From contig CAWHEU010000018.1 in the NCBI GenBank assembly GCA_963828465.1, positions 64,001 to 128,000 of the forward strand: a DNA stretch of 64,000 bases, written 5' to 3'. Shown piece by piece: positions 21,399-30,835 of this stretch. The number at the start of each line of letters is the position of its first letter. Position 1 is the first letter of the stretch. The stretch is from an uncultured Acidobacteriota bacterium. GTDB taxonomy: Bacteria > Actinomycetota > Acidimicrobiia > Spongiisociales > ZC4RG35. The position numbers and the translations under genes were made by a program. Below the pieces are notes generated by a model. That model saw nothing but the letters and a program-made list of their open reading frames with translations, did not search any database and was not told the origin of the DNA.

Positions 21399-23453
21399 AT
21401 GTTGTTACCCGAGAAAGTTCGCAACGTCGCCCTCGTCGGTCATGGCGGGAGCGGCAAGACGACTCTCGCCGAAGCCCTCCTCTTCGTCGGTGGCGCCACG
21501 AACAGACGAGGAACCGTGGAACAGGGCACGACCGTGCTCGACTTCGAGCCCGAGGAGGTCGACCGGGGCATCTCGCTCGGGTTGGGAGTAGCGACCTTCA
21601 ACTGGAACGAACATCGCATCAACCTGATCGACACGCCCGGCTCCAGCGACTTCTCGGGTGATGCGCGTGCCGCGCTAAGAGCCGTCGACCTCGCACTCTT
21701 CGTGATATCCGGTGTCGATGGCGTAGAGGTTCAGACCGAACAACTCTGGAAGGTCGCCGAGGAGGAGGGCATCCCACGGGCTGTCGTGGTGACCAAGCTC
21801 GACCGCGACCGGTCCTCCTTCGAGCGAACCCTGGATCAATTGCGAGACTCGTTCGGCAAGGCGATCGCCCCCATCCAGGTTCCGATCGGGAGCGAAGACG
21901 GCCTGCGGGGACTGGTGCGGGTGGCCTCCGAGCGCGCCTACGAGTACGCCGAGGACGAGAAGGACGGGAAGGAGGTCGACCTGCCCTCCGAGGTCGAGGA
22001 ATTGGTCCATGCCGCTCATACCGCCCTCGTCGAGACGGTTGTGGAGACGGACGACGAGATGATGGAGGCCTATTTCGAAGGCAAGGAGCCCTCCCGGGAG
22101 CAGATCGTGACCACGATCCACAAGGGGATCGTCGCCGGCGACATCCAACCCGTCCTGGTCGCGTCGGCCGAGAGGCTCATAGGCATCGACCTGCTCGCCG
22201 AGTTCATCGTGGACTACGGACCCAACCCGTTGGAGCGAACGCTCCCCGCCCTGACCAGCGGAGACCCGACTCCGCCGTCCACCGACGGCCCGACCGCCGC
22301 CTTCGTCTTCAAATCCGTGTCCGACCCGTTCGTCGGGCGCATCTCCCTGTTTCGGATCTACTCGGGTTCGGTCAAGGCGGACCAGGAGCTGGATGTGGCC
22401 GGCGGGGGCAAGGTGAGGCTCCACAACCTCTTCAAGCTCCAGGGCAAGGAGCACAACGACGTGCCGGATCTCCCCACCGGAGGGATCGGGGCAGTGGCCA
22501 AGGTGGACAACTTGAGGGTCGGCGACACCTTGCGCAGCAGCGGCAGCAACATCACGATCGCCCCCATCTCTTATCCCCGACCCGTCGCCGAAGTCGCGAT
22601 CACTCCAAGATCCCATCACGACGAGGAAAAGCTCTCCACCGCCCTGCATCGGATCGAGGAGGAGGACCCGACGATCCGCGTCGAACGCCGATCCGATACC
22701 GGTGAAACCATCCTCGCCGGTCTCGGCGACACCCATCTCGACGTCACGGTTGCCCGGATCCACAGGAAGTTCGGTGTCGATGTCGACACCGCGCTCCCCA
22801 TCATCCCCTACCGGGAGACGATCACCACCAGCGCCCAAGCCGAGGGCAAGCACAAGAAACAATCCGGGGGGCGGGGTCAGTTTGGTGTCGCTCTGGTCAA
22901 ATTCGCCCCGCTGCCCAGAGGCTCCGGGTACGAGTACATCGACTCGATCAAAGGTGGGTCGATTCCCCGACAGTTCATTCCCGCCGTCGACAAAGGCATC
23001 CAGGAGGCCCTGAATAGGGGGGTCCTCGCCGGTTACCCCGTCATCGACATCTCAGCCGAGGTCTACGACGGCAAGTACCACGCAGTCGACTCCGATGAGA
23101 TGTCGTTTCGGATGGCTGGTATCCAGGCCGTGAGGGCGGCTACCCAGGACCTCAAGCCGATCCTGCTCGAGCCGGTCATGAAGGTAAACGTCACCGTGCC
23201 CGAGGATCATCTCGGTGACGTGATGGGAGACATCAACTCCAAGCGTGGGAAGGTGCTCGGGATGGAGGGCGATGGCACATTGCGGTCAGTGATCGCCGAG
23301 GTGCCCATGGCCGAGATACAACAGTATGCGGCGGAACTGCGATCATTGACGTCGGGCAGAGGAAGCTTCGACGTGGAGTTCGATCACTACGCCGAAGTGC
23401 CGCATAACGAGGCGCAGCAGGTGATTGCCGCGTCTCGGGACGCAGAGGACTGA
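21399..23453 (+). CDS. fusA2: Elongation factor G-like protein (EF-G2)
   Basis: GHGGSGKTTL, DTPG, GLGDTHL, KHKKQSGGRGQFG, HAVDSDEMSF, LLEPVM; GGAGG RBS before ATG 21399. Confidence 0.92.
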   Translation: MLLPEKVRNVALVGHGGSGKTTLAEALLFVGGATNRRGTVEQGTTVLDFEPEEVDRGISLGLGVATFNWNEHRINLIDTPGSSDFSGDARAALRAVDLALFVISGVDGVEVQTEQLWKVAEEEGIPRAVVVTKLDRDRSSFERTLDQLRDSFGKAIAPIQVPIGSEDGLRGLVRVASERAYEYAEDEKDGKEVDLPSEVEELVHAAHTALVETVVETDDEMMEAYFEGKEPSREQIVTTIHKGIVAGDIQPVLVASAERLIGIDLLAEFIVDYGPNPLERTLPALTSGDPTPPSTDGPTAAFVFKSVSDPFVGRISLFRIYSGSVKADQELDVAGGGKVRLHNLFKLQGKEHNDVPDLPTGGIGAVAKVDNLRVGDTLRSSGSNITIAPISYPRPVAEVAITPRSHHDEEKLSTALHRIEEEDPTIRVERRSDTGETILAGLGDTHLDVTVARIHRKFGVDVDTALPIIPYRETITTSAQAEGKHKKQSGGRGQFGVALVKFAPLPRGSGYEYIDSIKGGSIPRQFIPAVDKGIQEALNRGVLAGYPVIDISAEVYDGKYHAVDSDEMSFRMAGIQAVRAATQDLKPILLEPVMKVNVTVPEDHLGDVMGDINSKRGKVLGMEGDGTLRSVIAEVPMAEIQQYAAELRSLTSGRGSFDVEFDHYAEVPHNEAQQVIAASRDAED

Positions 23454-23473
23454 ACGCTCAGGAAAGGACTGGA

Positions 23474-24763
23474 ATGACAGACGCCGTCATCCGATTTCGC
23501 GACAAAGAGTCTCAGCTCGATGTGATCGAGAGTGTCGAGGGCCAGGTCGCGGCGGATATCGGCAGGCTGAGAAGGGACCTGGGGCTGACCACTCTCGATC
23601 GTGGCTTTGCCAACACCGCCGAGAGTGTCTCGGCGGTCTCCTACGTCGGTGGCGATGAGGGCGTCCTCCACTACAGGGGCTATTTGATCGAGGAGCTCGC
23701 CGAGCAGGCGACTTTCCTCGAGGTCGCCTATCTCCTCCAGTACGGGGAGCTGCCCACCAAGGCAGAGCTCGAGGCCTACGAGGAGTCGATCTCTCTTCAC
23801 ACCCTGCTTCGGGAGGACATGAAGCACCTCTTCGAGGCTTTCCCTCACAGCGCCCATCCGATGCAGATCCTCGCCTCGGCCACGTCGGCTCTGGCCACCT
23901 ACTACCCCGACGCCCTCGACCCCCACGACGAAGAAGCGGTCGATATCAGCGCCCGACGATTGATCGCCAAGACGCCGACCATGATCGCCTGGTCGTACAA
24001 GTACTCCGTTCACCAGCCTTACATCTACCCGCAGAACGACCTCGACTACCTGTCCAACTTCCTGCACCTGATGTTCTCGGTCCCGGCGGAGCCGTACACC
24101 GCGGATCCCGTCGTGGCACGTGCTCTCAACATGCTCCTCGTTCTTCATGCCGACCACGGACAGAACTGCTCGACATCGGCAGTGCGTCTCGTGGGGTCGA
24201 GCCAGGCGAACCTGTTCAGCTCGGTGGCTGCCGGGATCCATGCCCTATCCGGCCCGCTGCACGGCGGAGCCAACCAAGAGGTCCTCGAGATGCTCGAGGA
24301 GATCGTGGCCGCTGGAGGAGACGTGGCGCCCTTCGTGGCCAGGGCGAAAGACAAGGACGACCCGTTTCGGCTCATGGGGTTCGGCCACCGCGTCTACAAG
24401 AACTTCGACCCCAGAGCCCGGATCATCAAGCGTGCCGCCGACGACGTGCTCGACGCTCTGGGTATCGACGACGATCCCCTACTCGACGTCGCCATGCAGC
24501 TCGAAGAGGTCGCCCTGTCGGATGACTACTTCGTCGAGCGAAAGCTCTATCCCAACGTCGATTTCTACTCGGGGATCATCTACCGGGCGATCGGGTTCCC
24601 CACCGACATGTTCACTGTGCTGTTCGCCCTGGGCCGCTTGCCCGGGTGGATTTCCCAGTGGCGGGAATTGCTCGCCGACCCGACGACGAGGATCTTCCGC
24701 CCCACCCAGGTCTACGTCGGGCCGGATCGACGACCCTATGTCCCGATCGGGGACCGCTCCTAG
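23474..24763 (+). CDS. gltA: Citrate synthase (type II)
   Basis: LHADHGQNCSTS, GPLHGGAN, MGFGHRVYKNFDPRA, LYPNVDFYSG. Confidence 0.97.
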   Translation: MTDAVIRFRDKESQLDVIESVEGQVAADIGRLRRDLGLTTLDRGFANTAESVSAVSYVGGDEGVLHYRGYLIEELAEQATFLEVAYLLQYGELPTKAELEAYEESISLHTLLREDMKHLFEAFPHSAHPMQILASATSALATYYPDALDPHDEEAVDISARRLIAKTPTMIAWSYKYSVHQPYIYPQNDLDYLSNFLHLMFSVPAEPYTADPVVARALNMLLVLHADHGQNCSTSAVRLVGSSQANLFSSVAAGIHALSGPLHGGANQEVLEMLEEIVAAGGDVAPFVARAKDKDDPFRLMGFGHRVYKNFDPRARIIKRAADDVLDALGIDDDPLLDVAMQLEEVALSDDYFVERKLYPNVDFYSGIIYRAIGFPTDMFTVLFALGRLPGWISQWRELLADPTTRIFRPTQVYVGPDRRPYVPIGDRS

Positions 24764-25251
24764 ACCCTCTCGACCGGTTCGATGTACGGCTCCTCGGCGA
24801 TCTCGCCTGACACTGCATCGACAACCACCAGGGCGCGCTGGTCTGGCGGCTCCGACGCCGAGTAGAGCACGACACTCCAGCGTGGCCGCGAACGAATGCC
24901 TTGGAAGGTGACCGCTGCCGAGGCATGCCCGACAGGGAAGCCGACTGCCGCGCCGGCTATCGAGAGCGCCCGGGCCTCATCGACAGCCAGGGGCCACGCC
25001 GAGGCGAAGTTCCATGCGGCAAGACCCAAGAGCCCGATGGCCGGCACCCAGCCATCGTCGATCAACAACACCGCGAGCACCGCTGCCACGACGAAGACCC
25101 ACCCTGCGATCCGTCGCCGCGTCGGGGACGGGAACCGGTAGGGAGCCTCGACGTTCGAGTCGAGCTCCTCCTCGATCGCCAGGGAATCGGCCAGGTCCCG
25201 CTCGATGTGGATCCCCGATCGGTCGACCCGCGGCTCCCCCGGGTCGGTCAT
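24760..25251 (-). CDS. Hypothetical membrane protein
   Basis: 163 aa, two TM segments, start overlaps thrS stop (ATGA). Confidence 0.75.
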   Translation of the reverse strand: MTDPGEPRVDRSGIHIERDLADSLAIEEELDSNVEAPYRFPSPTRRRIAGWVFVVAAVLAVLLIDDGWVPAIGLLGLAAWNFASAWPLAVDEARALSIAGAAVGFPVGHASAAVTFQGIRSRPRWSVVLYSASEPPDQRALVVVDAVSGEIAEEPYIEPVERV

Positions 25252-27185
25252 GAACCAGGGGCTTTCGCCATGGTGGCGAGACGATTGGTCGCTTCGATCA
25301 GCGGCACTCCCCGCGTGTCCCGCTCCTCTCCGTAGAGCCTGAGGCCGACGGTGGAGCCGGACACGTCGTCATCGCCGACGACTATGACCGCGGGGTGCTT
25401 GTGGGTGAGAGCTTTGCGGATCTTCTCGCCGACCGTGTCGTCGGAACTGTCGACCTCGACCCGGAGCCCGGCATCCAGGAGCCGCTCCGCAACCTGATCG
25501 GCGTACTCATGGTGACGATCCGCCACCGGCACGACGGATACCTGGACAGGCGCCAGCCACATCGGGAATGCTCCTGCGTGATGCTCGATCAGCACACCCA
25601 TGAACCGCTCGAGCGAGCCGGCCTTGGCGCAATGGATCATGTAGGGGCGCTCGGAGACATTCCCTGCAGCGGTGTACTCCAGGCCAAACCGCTCGGGCAG
25701 GATCAGGTCGAGTTGGATCGTGGACAGCTGCCACCTGCGGCCGATGGCATCCTTGACGTGCATGTCGATCTTCGGGCCGTAGAAGGCACCCTCCCCGGGG
25801 GCTATGCGGAAGCTGACCCCGGAGTCCTCCAACGCCTTGGCCAGGGTCTTCTCGGCGAAATCCCATCGATCCTGCTCACCGGCCGGGGCCTTCTCCGGCT
25901 GTGTGCTCAGATCGGCCTCGATCTCGCTGAACCCGGCATCCCTGAGCCAAGTCAGCACGAAGTCGAGGTGCATGGCCAGCTCGGATCCCAGCTGGCCGCC
26001 GGTACAGAAGGTGTGAGAGTCGTCCTGGGTGAAGCCACGGGCCCGGAGCAGGCCGTGGACCACGCCGGACTTCTCGTAGCGGTAGACGGCGCCGAGCTCG
26101 GAAAGACGGACCGGAAGATCGCGGTATGACCTCGGCCTGCTCTTGTAGACGAGGATGTGGAACGGGCAGTTCATCGGCTTGACCCGGTATTCCTGCTCGT
26201 TGTCGAGCTCCATGCCCGGGAACATGTATTCGGCGTAGTAGTCGAGATGGCCCGAGGTCCACCACAAGTCGGACTTGGCCAGATGCGGCGTGAAGACGAA
26301 GTCGAACCCGAATCGCTGATGGAGCTCGCGGCTGTGGTCCTCGACGACTTTGCGGAGCATCCCTCCCTTCGGGTGCCAGACGACCAGGCCAGATCCGAGC
26401 TCGGGCGGGAAACTGAAAAGGTCGAGCTCGGCACCGAGCCGGCGATGATCACGCTTCTCTGCTTCTTCCAACTGGGTCAGGTATGCGTCGAGCTCCTTCG
26501 CGGACGGCCAGGCGGTGCCATAGATCCGTTGCAATTGATCTCGCTTCTCGTCACCCCTCCAGTACGCCCCGGAGCTACGAAGCAGCTTTATCGATGGGAT
26601 CCTTCCGGTGGAAGGGAGATGAGGTCCACGACAAAGGTCGACGAAGTCGATGTTCCGGTAGACGGTGACGTCCTCACCGGGGGTGACCTCACTCGGCTCC
26701 ACACTCTCGATGATCTCCGTCTTGAAAGGGTGTGCGCCAAAAATGGCGAGGGCATCGGACCTGGAAAGGGCTTCACGCTCGAATGGTTGGTCTTGAGAGA
26801 TGATCTCCTTCATCCGCGACTCGATGCGCTCGAGATCGTCAGGCGTGAACGGTTCGTGGACCTTGAAGTCGTAGTAGAAGCCATTCTCGATCGCTGGCCC
26901 GATGGCAAACGTCGAGCCCTCGAACAGGTCGAGGACTGCCTGGGCAAGCACGTGCGCCGATGAGTGGCGAAGGACGTCTAGACCCTCTTCGCTGTCGAGA
27001 GTCACGACCGCGAAATCACCCGATTCGTCGAGCGGGCGGCTCAGATCTCTGAGGTCACCATTCAATTTGACCGCCACTGCAGACCGGGCCAGCCCGGGAC
27101 CGATGGACTCCGCGACTTCGAGACCGGTGACACCATCGGGGTGCTCGAACACGGTTCCGTCGGGATAACGAAGCTCTAGTGACAC
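25248..27185 (-). CDS. thrS: Threonine--tRNA ligase
   Basis: RHSSAHVLAQA, DLCRGPH, RDHRRLG, KPMNCPFH, RGFTQDDSH, AFYGPKID. Confidence 0.97.
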   Translation of the reverse strand: MSLELRYPDGTVFEHPDGVTGLEVAESIGPGLARSAVAVKLNGDLRDLSRPLDESGDFAVVTLDSEEGLDVLRHSSAHVLAQAVLDLFEGSTFAIGPAIENGFYYDFKVHEPFTPDDLERIESRMKEIISQDQPFEREALSRSDALAIFGAHPFKTEIIESVEPSEVTPGEDVTVYRNIDFVDLCRGPHLPSTGRIPSIKLLRSSGAYWRGDEKRDQLQRIYGTAWPSAKELDAYLTQLEEAEKRDHRRLGAELDLFSFPPELGSGLVVWHPKGGMLRKVVEDHSRELHQRFGFDFVFTPHLAKSDLWWTSGHLDYYAEYMFPGMELDNEQEYRVKPMNCPFHILVYKSRPRSYRDLPVRLSELGAVYRYEKSGVVHGLLRARGFTQDDSHTFCTGGQLGSELAMHLDFVLTWLRDAGFSEIEADLSTQPEKAPAGEQDRWDFAEKTLAKALEDSGVSFRIAPGEGAFYGPKIDMHVKDAIGRRWQLSTIQLDLILPERFGLEYTAAGNVSERPYMIHCAKAGSLERFMGVLIEHHAGAFPMWLAPVQVSVVPVADRHHEYADQVAERLLDAGLRVEVDSSDDTVGEKIRKALTHKHPAVIVVGDDDVSGSTVGLRLYGEERDTRGVPLIEATNRLATMAKAPGS

Positions 27186-27286
27186 GGGGTTATCTCGCTA
27201 GCCTGGGCGGGCACAGAAGGCTAACTGGCTCGAATACGCAACCGAGCCGGTCATCAGGTCACCCGTGACAGGGGGAACAACAGCGT

Positions 27287-28114
27287 ATGGATGCCAGAGA
27301 GCTCGTGACGAAGCTTCACCCGGACGGGTTGGTCAGAGAGCTGTCCTCCGGAGCCAACAAGGTCTTTCGGGTCATCGACGCCGAGCGGAGCACCATCGTG
27401 AAGGTCTACCCGGTCACGTCACGGGAGCGGCGGGAGCGGCACGCCCTCGAGGCACTCGCAGCCATACCTTCGGTGCCCCGGATCATCAACCACGGGACCG
27501 AAGGCGAAATGGCCTGGCTCGAGATGAATGACGGCGGCCACTGGAACCTGGCCAATCTCCCCAAGAACCTCGATTCGATCGAAGCATCCGGCGCGGCGCT
27601 GCGTGACATCCACACTTCCAACGCTGACATCACGAACCTGGCCGCCGGCATCGATTCCGACTATGTGCTCAGTCACTACAGGTCGACCATCGAACGGTTG
27701 GGTCGTTATCGCCGCCGATTCGGTATGGATCAGGTGGTGCTCGACAAGGCGCTCGAACTGGAGCCACCCATGGCCACCGCCCCCGTGCCTGCCCATACCA
27801 AGCCGACTCTCTCTAAGTTCATCATCAACGAGGAGGGCACGATCACCATCGTCGACTGGGAATGGGCAACCCGGGCCCCGCGCGAATGGGACCTGGCCTT
27901 GGCGGTTTGGCGTCTGTCTTCGCGTATCGGGGAAGATGCATCGGCGGCGTTTCGGAGCGGGTACGGGGCAGAGCTCCCCGAGAGCCAGTATCGGCCTTGG
28001 GTGGCCTATCACGCTGCCATGATGATGCTCGAGGCCGCCGAGGTCCGTGAGGGCCGGCTTGGCGACCTCGGCTACCTGGTCGACGACTTGACCGAGGCCG
28101 TCCTCGGCACCTAA
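27287..28114 (+). CDS. Aminoglycoside phosphotransferase/choline kinase-fold protein (degenerate catalytic loop)
   Basis: GANKVFRV, IVKVY, VPRII, IVDWEWA...EWDLA; HGD motif replaced by HTK. Confidence 0.8.
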   Translation: MDARELVTKLHPDGLVRELSSGANKVFRVIDAERSTIVKVYPVTSRERRERHALEALAAIPSVPRIINHGTEGEMAWLEMNDGGHWNLANLPKNLDSIEASGAALRDIHTSNADITNLAAGIDSDYVLSHYRSTIERLGRYRRRFGMDQVVLDKALELEPPMATAPVPAHTKPTLSKFIINEEGTITIVDWEWATRAPREWDLALAVWRLSSRIGEDASAAFRSGYGAELPESQYRPWVAYHAAMMMLEAAEVREGRLGDLGYLVDDLTEAVLGT

Positions 28115-28191
28115 CCGCCTTCGACCGCCAAATCCACGGTTTTCGCGACCTCCTCTCTTAGCCTCATACGGCTGACACAAGGAGGACGGAC

Positions 28192-28398
28192 GTGTTGGAA
28201 GCATTGGTCGCGGTCACAGCGACGACAGGTCTGTTCGCCCTGGCGAAGGGGATACGGGGCAACCATCAATACCGGGTCGATCCACGGTTGGTTGTTCCAC
28301 GGGACGAGCGAGGCGACGACCTGCCCTGCCCATGGTGTTATGGGCCGACCTATGAGGAGGACACCCGCTGTTCGGGGTGCGGCCGTTCATTCGGCTGA
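28192..28398 (+). CDS. Small protein with N-terminal hydrophobic segment and zinc ribbon
   Basis: AAGGAGGA RBS; CPWC...CSGC. Confidence 0.75.
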   Translation: MLEALVAVTATTGLFALAKGIRGNHQYRVDPRLVVPRDERGDDLPCPWCYGPTYEEDTRCSGCGRSFG

Positions 28399-28449
28399 AT
28401 GGGGCGCTAGCCCCGTAGAAAGGCCCGACAACCGATTTAGGGTGTAGAC

Positions 28450-29427
28450 GTGAGCAGGGTAGGACTGGTGCTCGGCGGTGGGGGGATCACCGGCGCGGCC
28501 TATGAGATGGCCGCCCTGATGTCGATTCGCCTCGCCACCGGCTGGGATCCGGATCAGGCAGATGTCGTCGTTGGCACCTCGGGTGGCGCCTTCGTCACTG
28601 CTCTGGTCAGGAACGATGCGCTCACACTCGATTCCCTGGTCATGCCCAGCGACGATCGCGACGATGTCGCCGAGAGGATCCGGGGGCATGTCTTCACGAA
28701 GAACGGTGGTGTCCAGGTTCGGCATTGGGTCCGACACGGGATCGTCCCCGGCTTGCGAGACCCCGGCCTGACTCTCTTCCTCGGCTCTCCGGCTCCGTAC
28801 CAGGCCACCGGAGTCACCGAGTGGGTGACCAACCAGATCGGCGAAGAGTGCGCCAGTCGGTGGCCGGCGAGGCCTACTGCTGTCGTCGCCTTCGATATCG
28901 CCGCACGACGTCGTGTGGTCTTCGGCGCCGAATCGGCACCCGAGGCCGGCATGGCGGACGCTGTCGCTGCCTCCTCGGCGATTCCGCTCCTGTTCAGACC
29001 CTACCCGATCGATGGGCGTCTCTATGTCGATGGCGGTGTGGTCTCGGGCACGCATGCCGACGTGGTGCTCGGCTCAGAGAAGCCTTTGGACCTCGTGCTC
29101 GTTCTTGCCCCGATGGCAGCCGACGTCTCACGCAAACGTGCTCGCTTTCACGAGAAGATGTTCGACCGGGTCGGGCAGCGATCCCTGACCGAGGAGATCG
29201 CCCTCATCAAGGAAGCGTGGCCACACTGCGAGGTCGTCGTGCTGAGCCCATCTCCATCTGTCCAGAACTCCATGCGTCCCAATCCGATGGACTCACGGCG
29301 GGCCGTGGCGACCTTCATGCGAACTCTGATCTCTATGAAGCGCACGCTGGCCCTGCCCGAGGTTTGGGACCGCCTCGAAGATCACCTCCGCCCACGGGCT
29401 CGTTCGAGGCGAATCCCCGTCCGATAG
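28450..29427 (+). CDS. Patatin-like phospholipase
   Basis: LVLGGGG, GTSGG, ASSAIP, YVDGG. Confidence 0.93.
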   Translation: MSRVGLVLGGGGITGAAYEMAALMSIRLATGWDPDQADVVVGTSGGAFVTALVRNDALTLDSLVMPSDDRDDVAERIRGHVFTKNGGVQVRHWVRHGIVPGLRDPGLTLFLGSPAPYQATGVTEWVTNQIGEECASRWPARPTAVVAFDIAARRRVVFGAESAPEAGMADAVAASSAIPLLFRPYPIDGRLYVDGGVVSGTHADVVLGSEKPLDLVLVLAPMAADVSRKRARFHEKMFDRVGQRSLTEEIALIKEAWPHCEVVVLSPSPSVQNSMRPNPMDSRRAVATFMRTLISMKRTLALPEVWDRLEDHLRPRARSRRIPVR

Positions 29428-29490
29428 CTCGACGGGCATTCTCACTCTCGCTGCGCCGGACTACTTTGTCTGTCAACGAGAGGAGCCTCC

Positions 29491-29847
29491 GTGGCTGTCA
29501 GACCCACTCATTTCGAGTTCTACTCGGCCGATCCCCGAGCCACCGTCGAGTTTCTCACCACCGTGTTCGGGTGGCGGGTCGAGCAGTGGGAGGATCAGGA
29601 ATACTGGCTCGTCGACACCGGTGATGGACCGGGGATCAATGGCGCCGTGGCCCTTGCCGGTGATGATGGCCCGAAGACGCTCAACACCTGCGACGTGGAG
29701 GATCTGGATGCTGCCATCGAGGCGGTCCAGATCGGAGGCGGGCAGCTCTTGACCGATGTCATGGAATTGCCCGGCGTGGGTCGATGGGTCCAGGTCGAAG
29801 GGCCCGGTGGCGAGGAGTTCGGTCTGATGGAGCCGACCCGAGACTGA
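29491..29847 (+). CDS. VOC/glyoxalase family protein
   Basis: THFEFY...VFGW, GINGA, VEDLDAAI...GG, PGVGRW, FGLME; GAGGAG RBS. Confidence 0.9.
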   Translation: MAVRPTHFEFYSADPRATVEFLTTVFGWRVEQWEDQEYWLVDTGDGPGINGAVALAGDDGPKTLNTCDVEDLDAAIEAVQIGGGQLLTDVMELPGVGRWVQVEGPGGEEFGLMEPTRD

Positions 29848-29853
29848 CCCCTG

Positions 29854-30786
29854 TCAACCGAGGGGCTCCAAACCCCTTGTGTTGGCTCCGGAGATGACAG
29901 CGACGACGCTCTCTCCCGGAACGGGCACGTAGGCCTCACTCGCCAAGGCAGCGATCGGGGCGCATGCCGCCGGCTCGGCCAGGACGCGGCACGTCTCCCA
30001 CAACCATGTCTGCGCATTCACGATGTCCTGATCCGACACCAGGACCGATTGGTCGATCCATTCATTGGCGCGCCAGGCGTGGTCACCGAGCCTGGAGGCG
30101 CCAAGGGCAGAAGCGGCGATCCCACCGACGGCGACATCAACCGGCCCGCCTACCTCTCGGGCAGCATGAAGGGCAGGACACCCCTCCGACTCAACTCCAA
30201 CCACGGTGGCACTGTCACGGACCCAGCTGGCGATTCCACCGATCAACCCGCCACCTCCCACGGCTACCAGGATCGAGGCTGGTTCCGGGACCTGAGAGGT
30301 GATCTCCATGCCGCAGGTCCCTTGACCTGCCACCACGTCACGCTGGTCATAGGCATGGATCTCGTGAGCCCCCGATTCCCGCCGCCACGCTCGCGAGGCC
30401 GCCAGCGCATCGGGGTAGTAGCCGGGCACGACGCGGACATCGGCTCCCAAGGTGGCGATCCGCCCCACCTTCTCCTCGGGCGAGCTCCCGGGAACGAATA
30501 CGGTCGCCGCGTGACCCAGAGCTCCGGCGGCATAGGCAACGGCCAGCCCGAAATTCCCGCCTGAGGCGGCGACGACCCCGCTCTGGGGAACGGCCCGTTT
30601 GGTCAGGTCGGAGAACGCCCCACGCACCTTGAACGAGCCAGTTGGCTGCATCGAGTCGAGTTTGAGAGTGAGCCGGTACTGGCCGCCCATCGCGTGCCCG
30701 AGATCCAGGGTCGGGGTCCGCCGCACGTAAGGCCGTATCCGGTGCGCGGCGGCTTCGATATCGGCCCTTGTGATCTCCTCGAGCAC
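29854..30786 (-). CDS. PLP-dependent threonine/serine dehydratase
   Basis: LKLDSMQPTGSFKVRGA, ASGGNFG, AVGGGGLIGG, ISGAN; GTG start after TACGCT-N7. Confidence 0.9.
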   Translation of the reverse strand: MLEEITRADIEAAAHRIRPYVRRTPTLDLGHAMGGQYRLTLKLDSMQPTGSFKVRGAFSDLTKRAVPQSGVVAASGGNFGLAVAYAAGALGHAATVFVPGSSPEEKVGRIATLGADVRVVPGYYPDALAASRAWRRESGAHEIHAYDQRDVVAGQGTCGMEITSQVPEPASILVAVGGGGLIGGIASWVRDSATVVGVESEGCPALHAAREVGGPVDVAVGGIAASALGASRLGDHAWRANEWIDQSVLVSDQDIVNAQTWLWETCRVLAEPAACAPIAALASEAYVPVPGESVVAVISGANTRGLEPLG

Positions 30787-30835
30787 CTGGGCGAGCGTAT
30801 GCGATGATGGTGTGACCGGTCGTAGCCTGCGACAA

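Noticed and set aside
27186-27286. T-box or attenuator upstream of thrS (also checked alaS, hisS)
   Set aside because: Spacers are too short and lack the T-box consensus.
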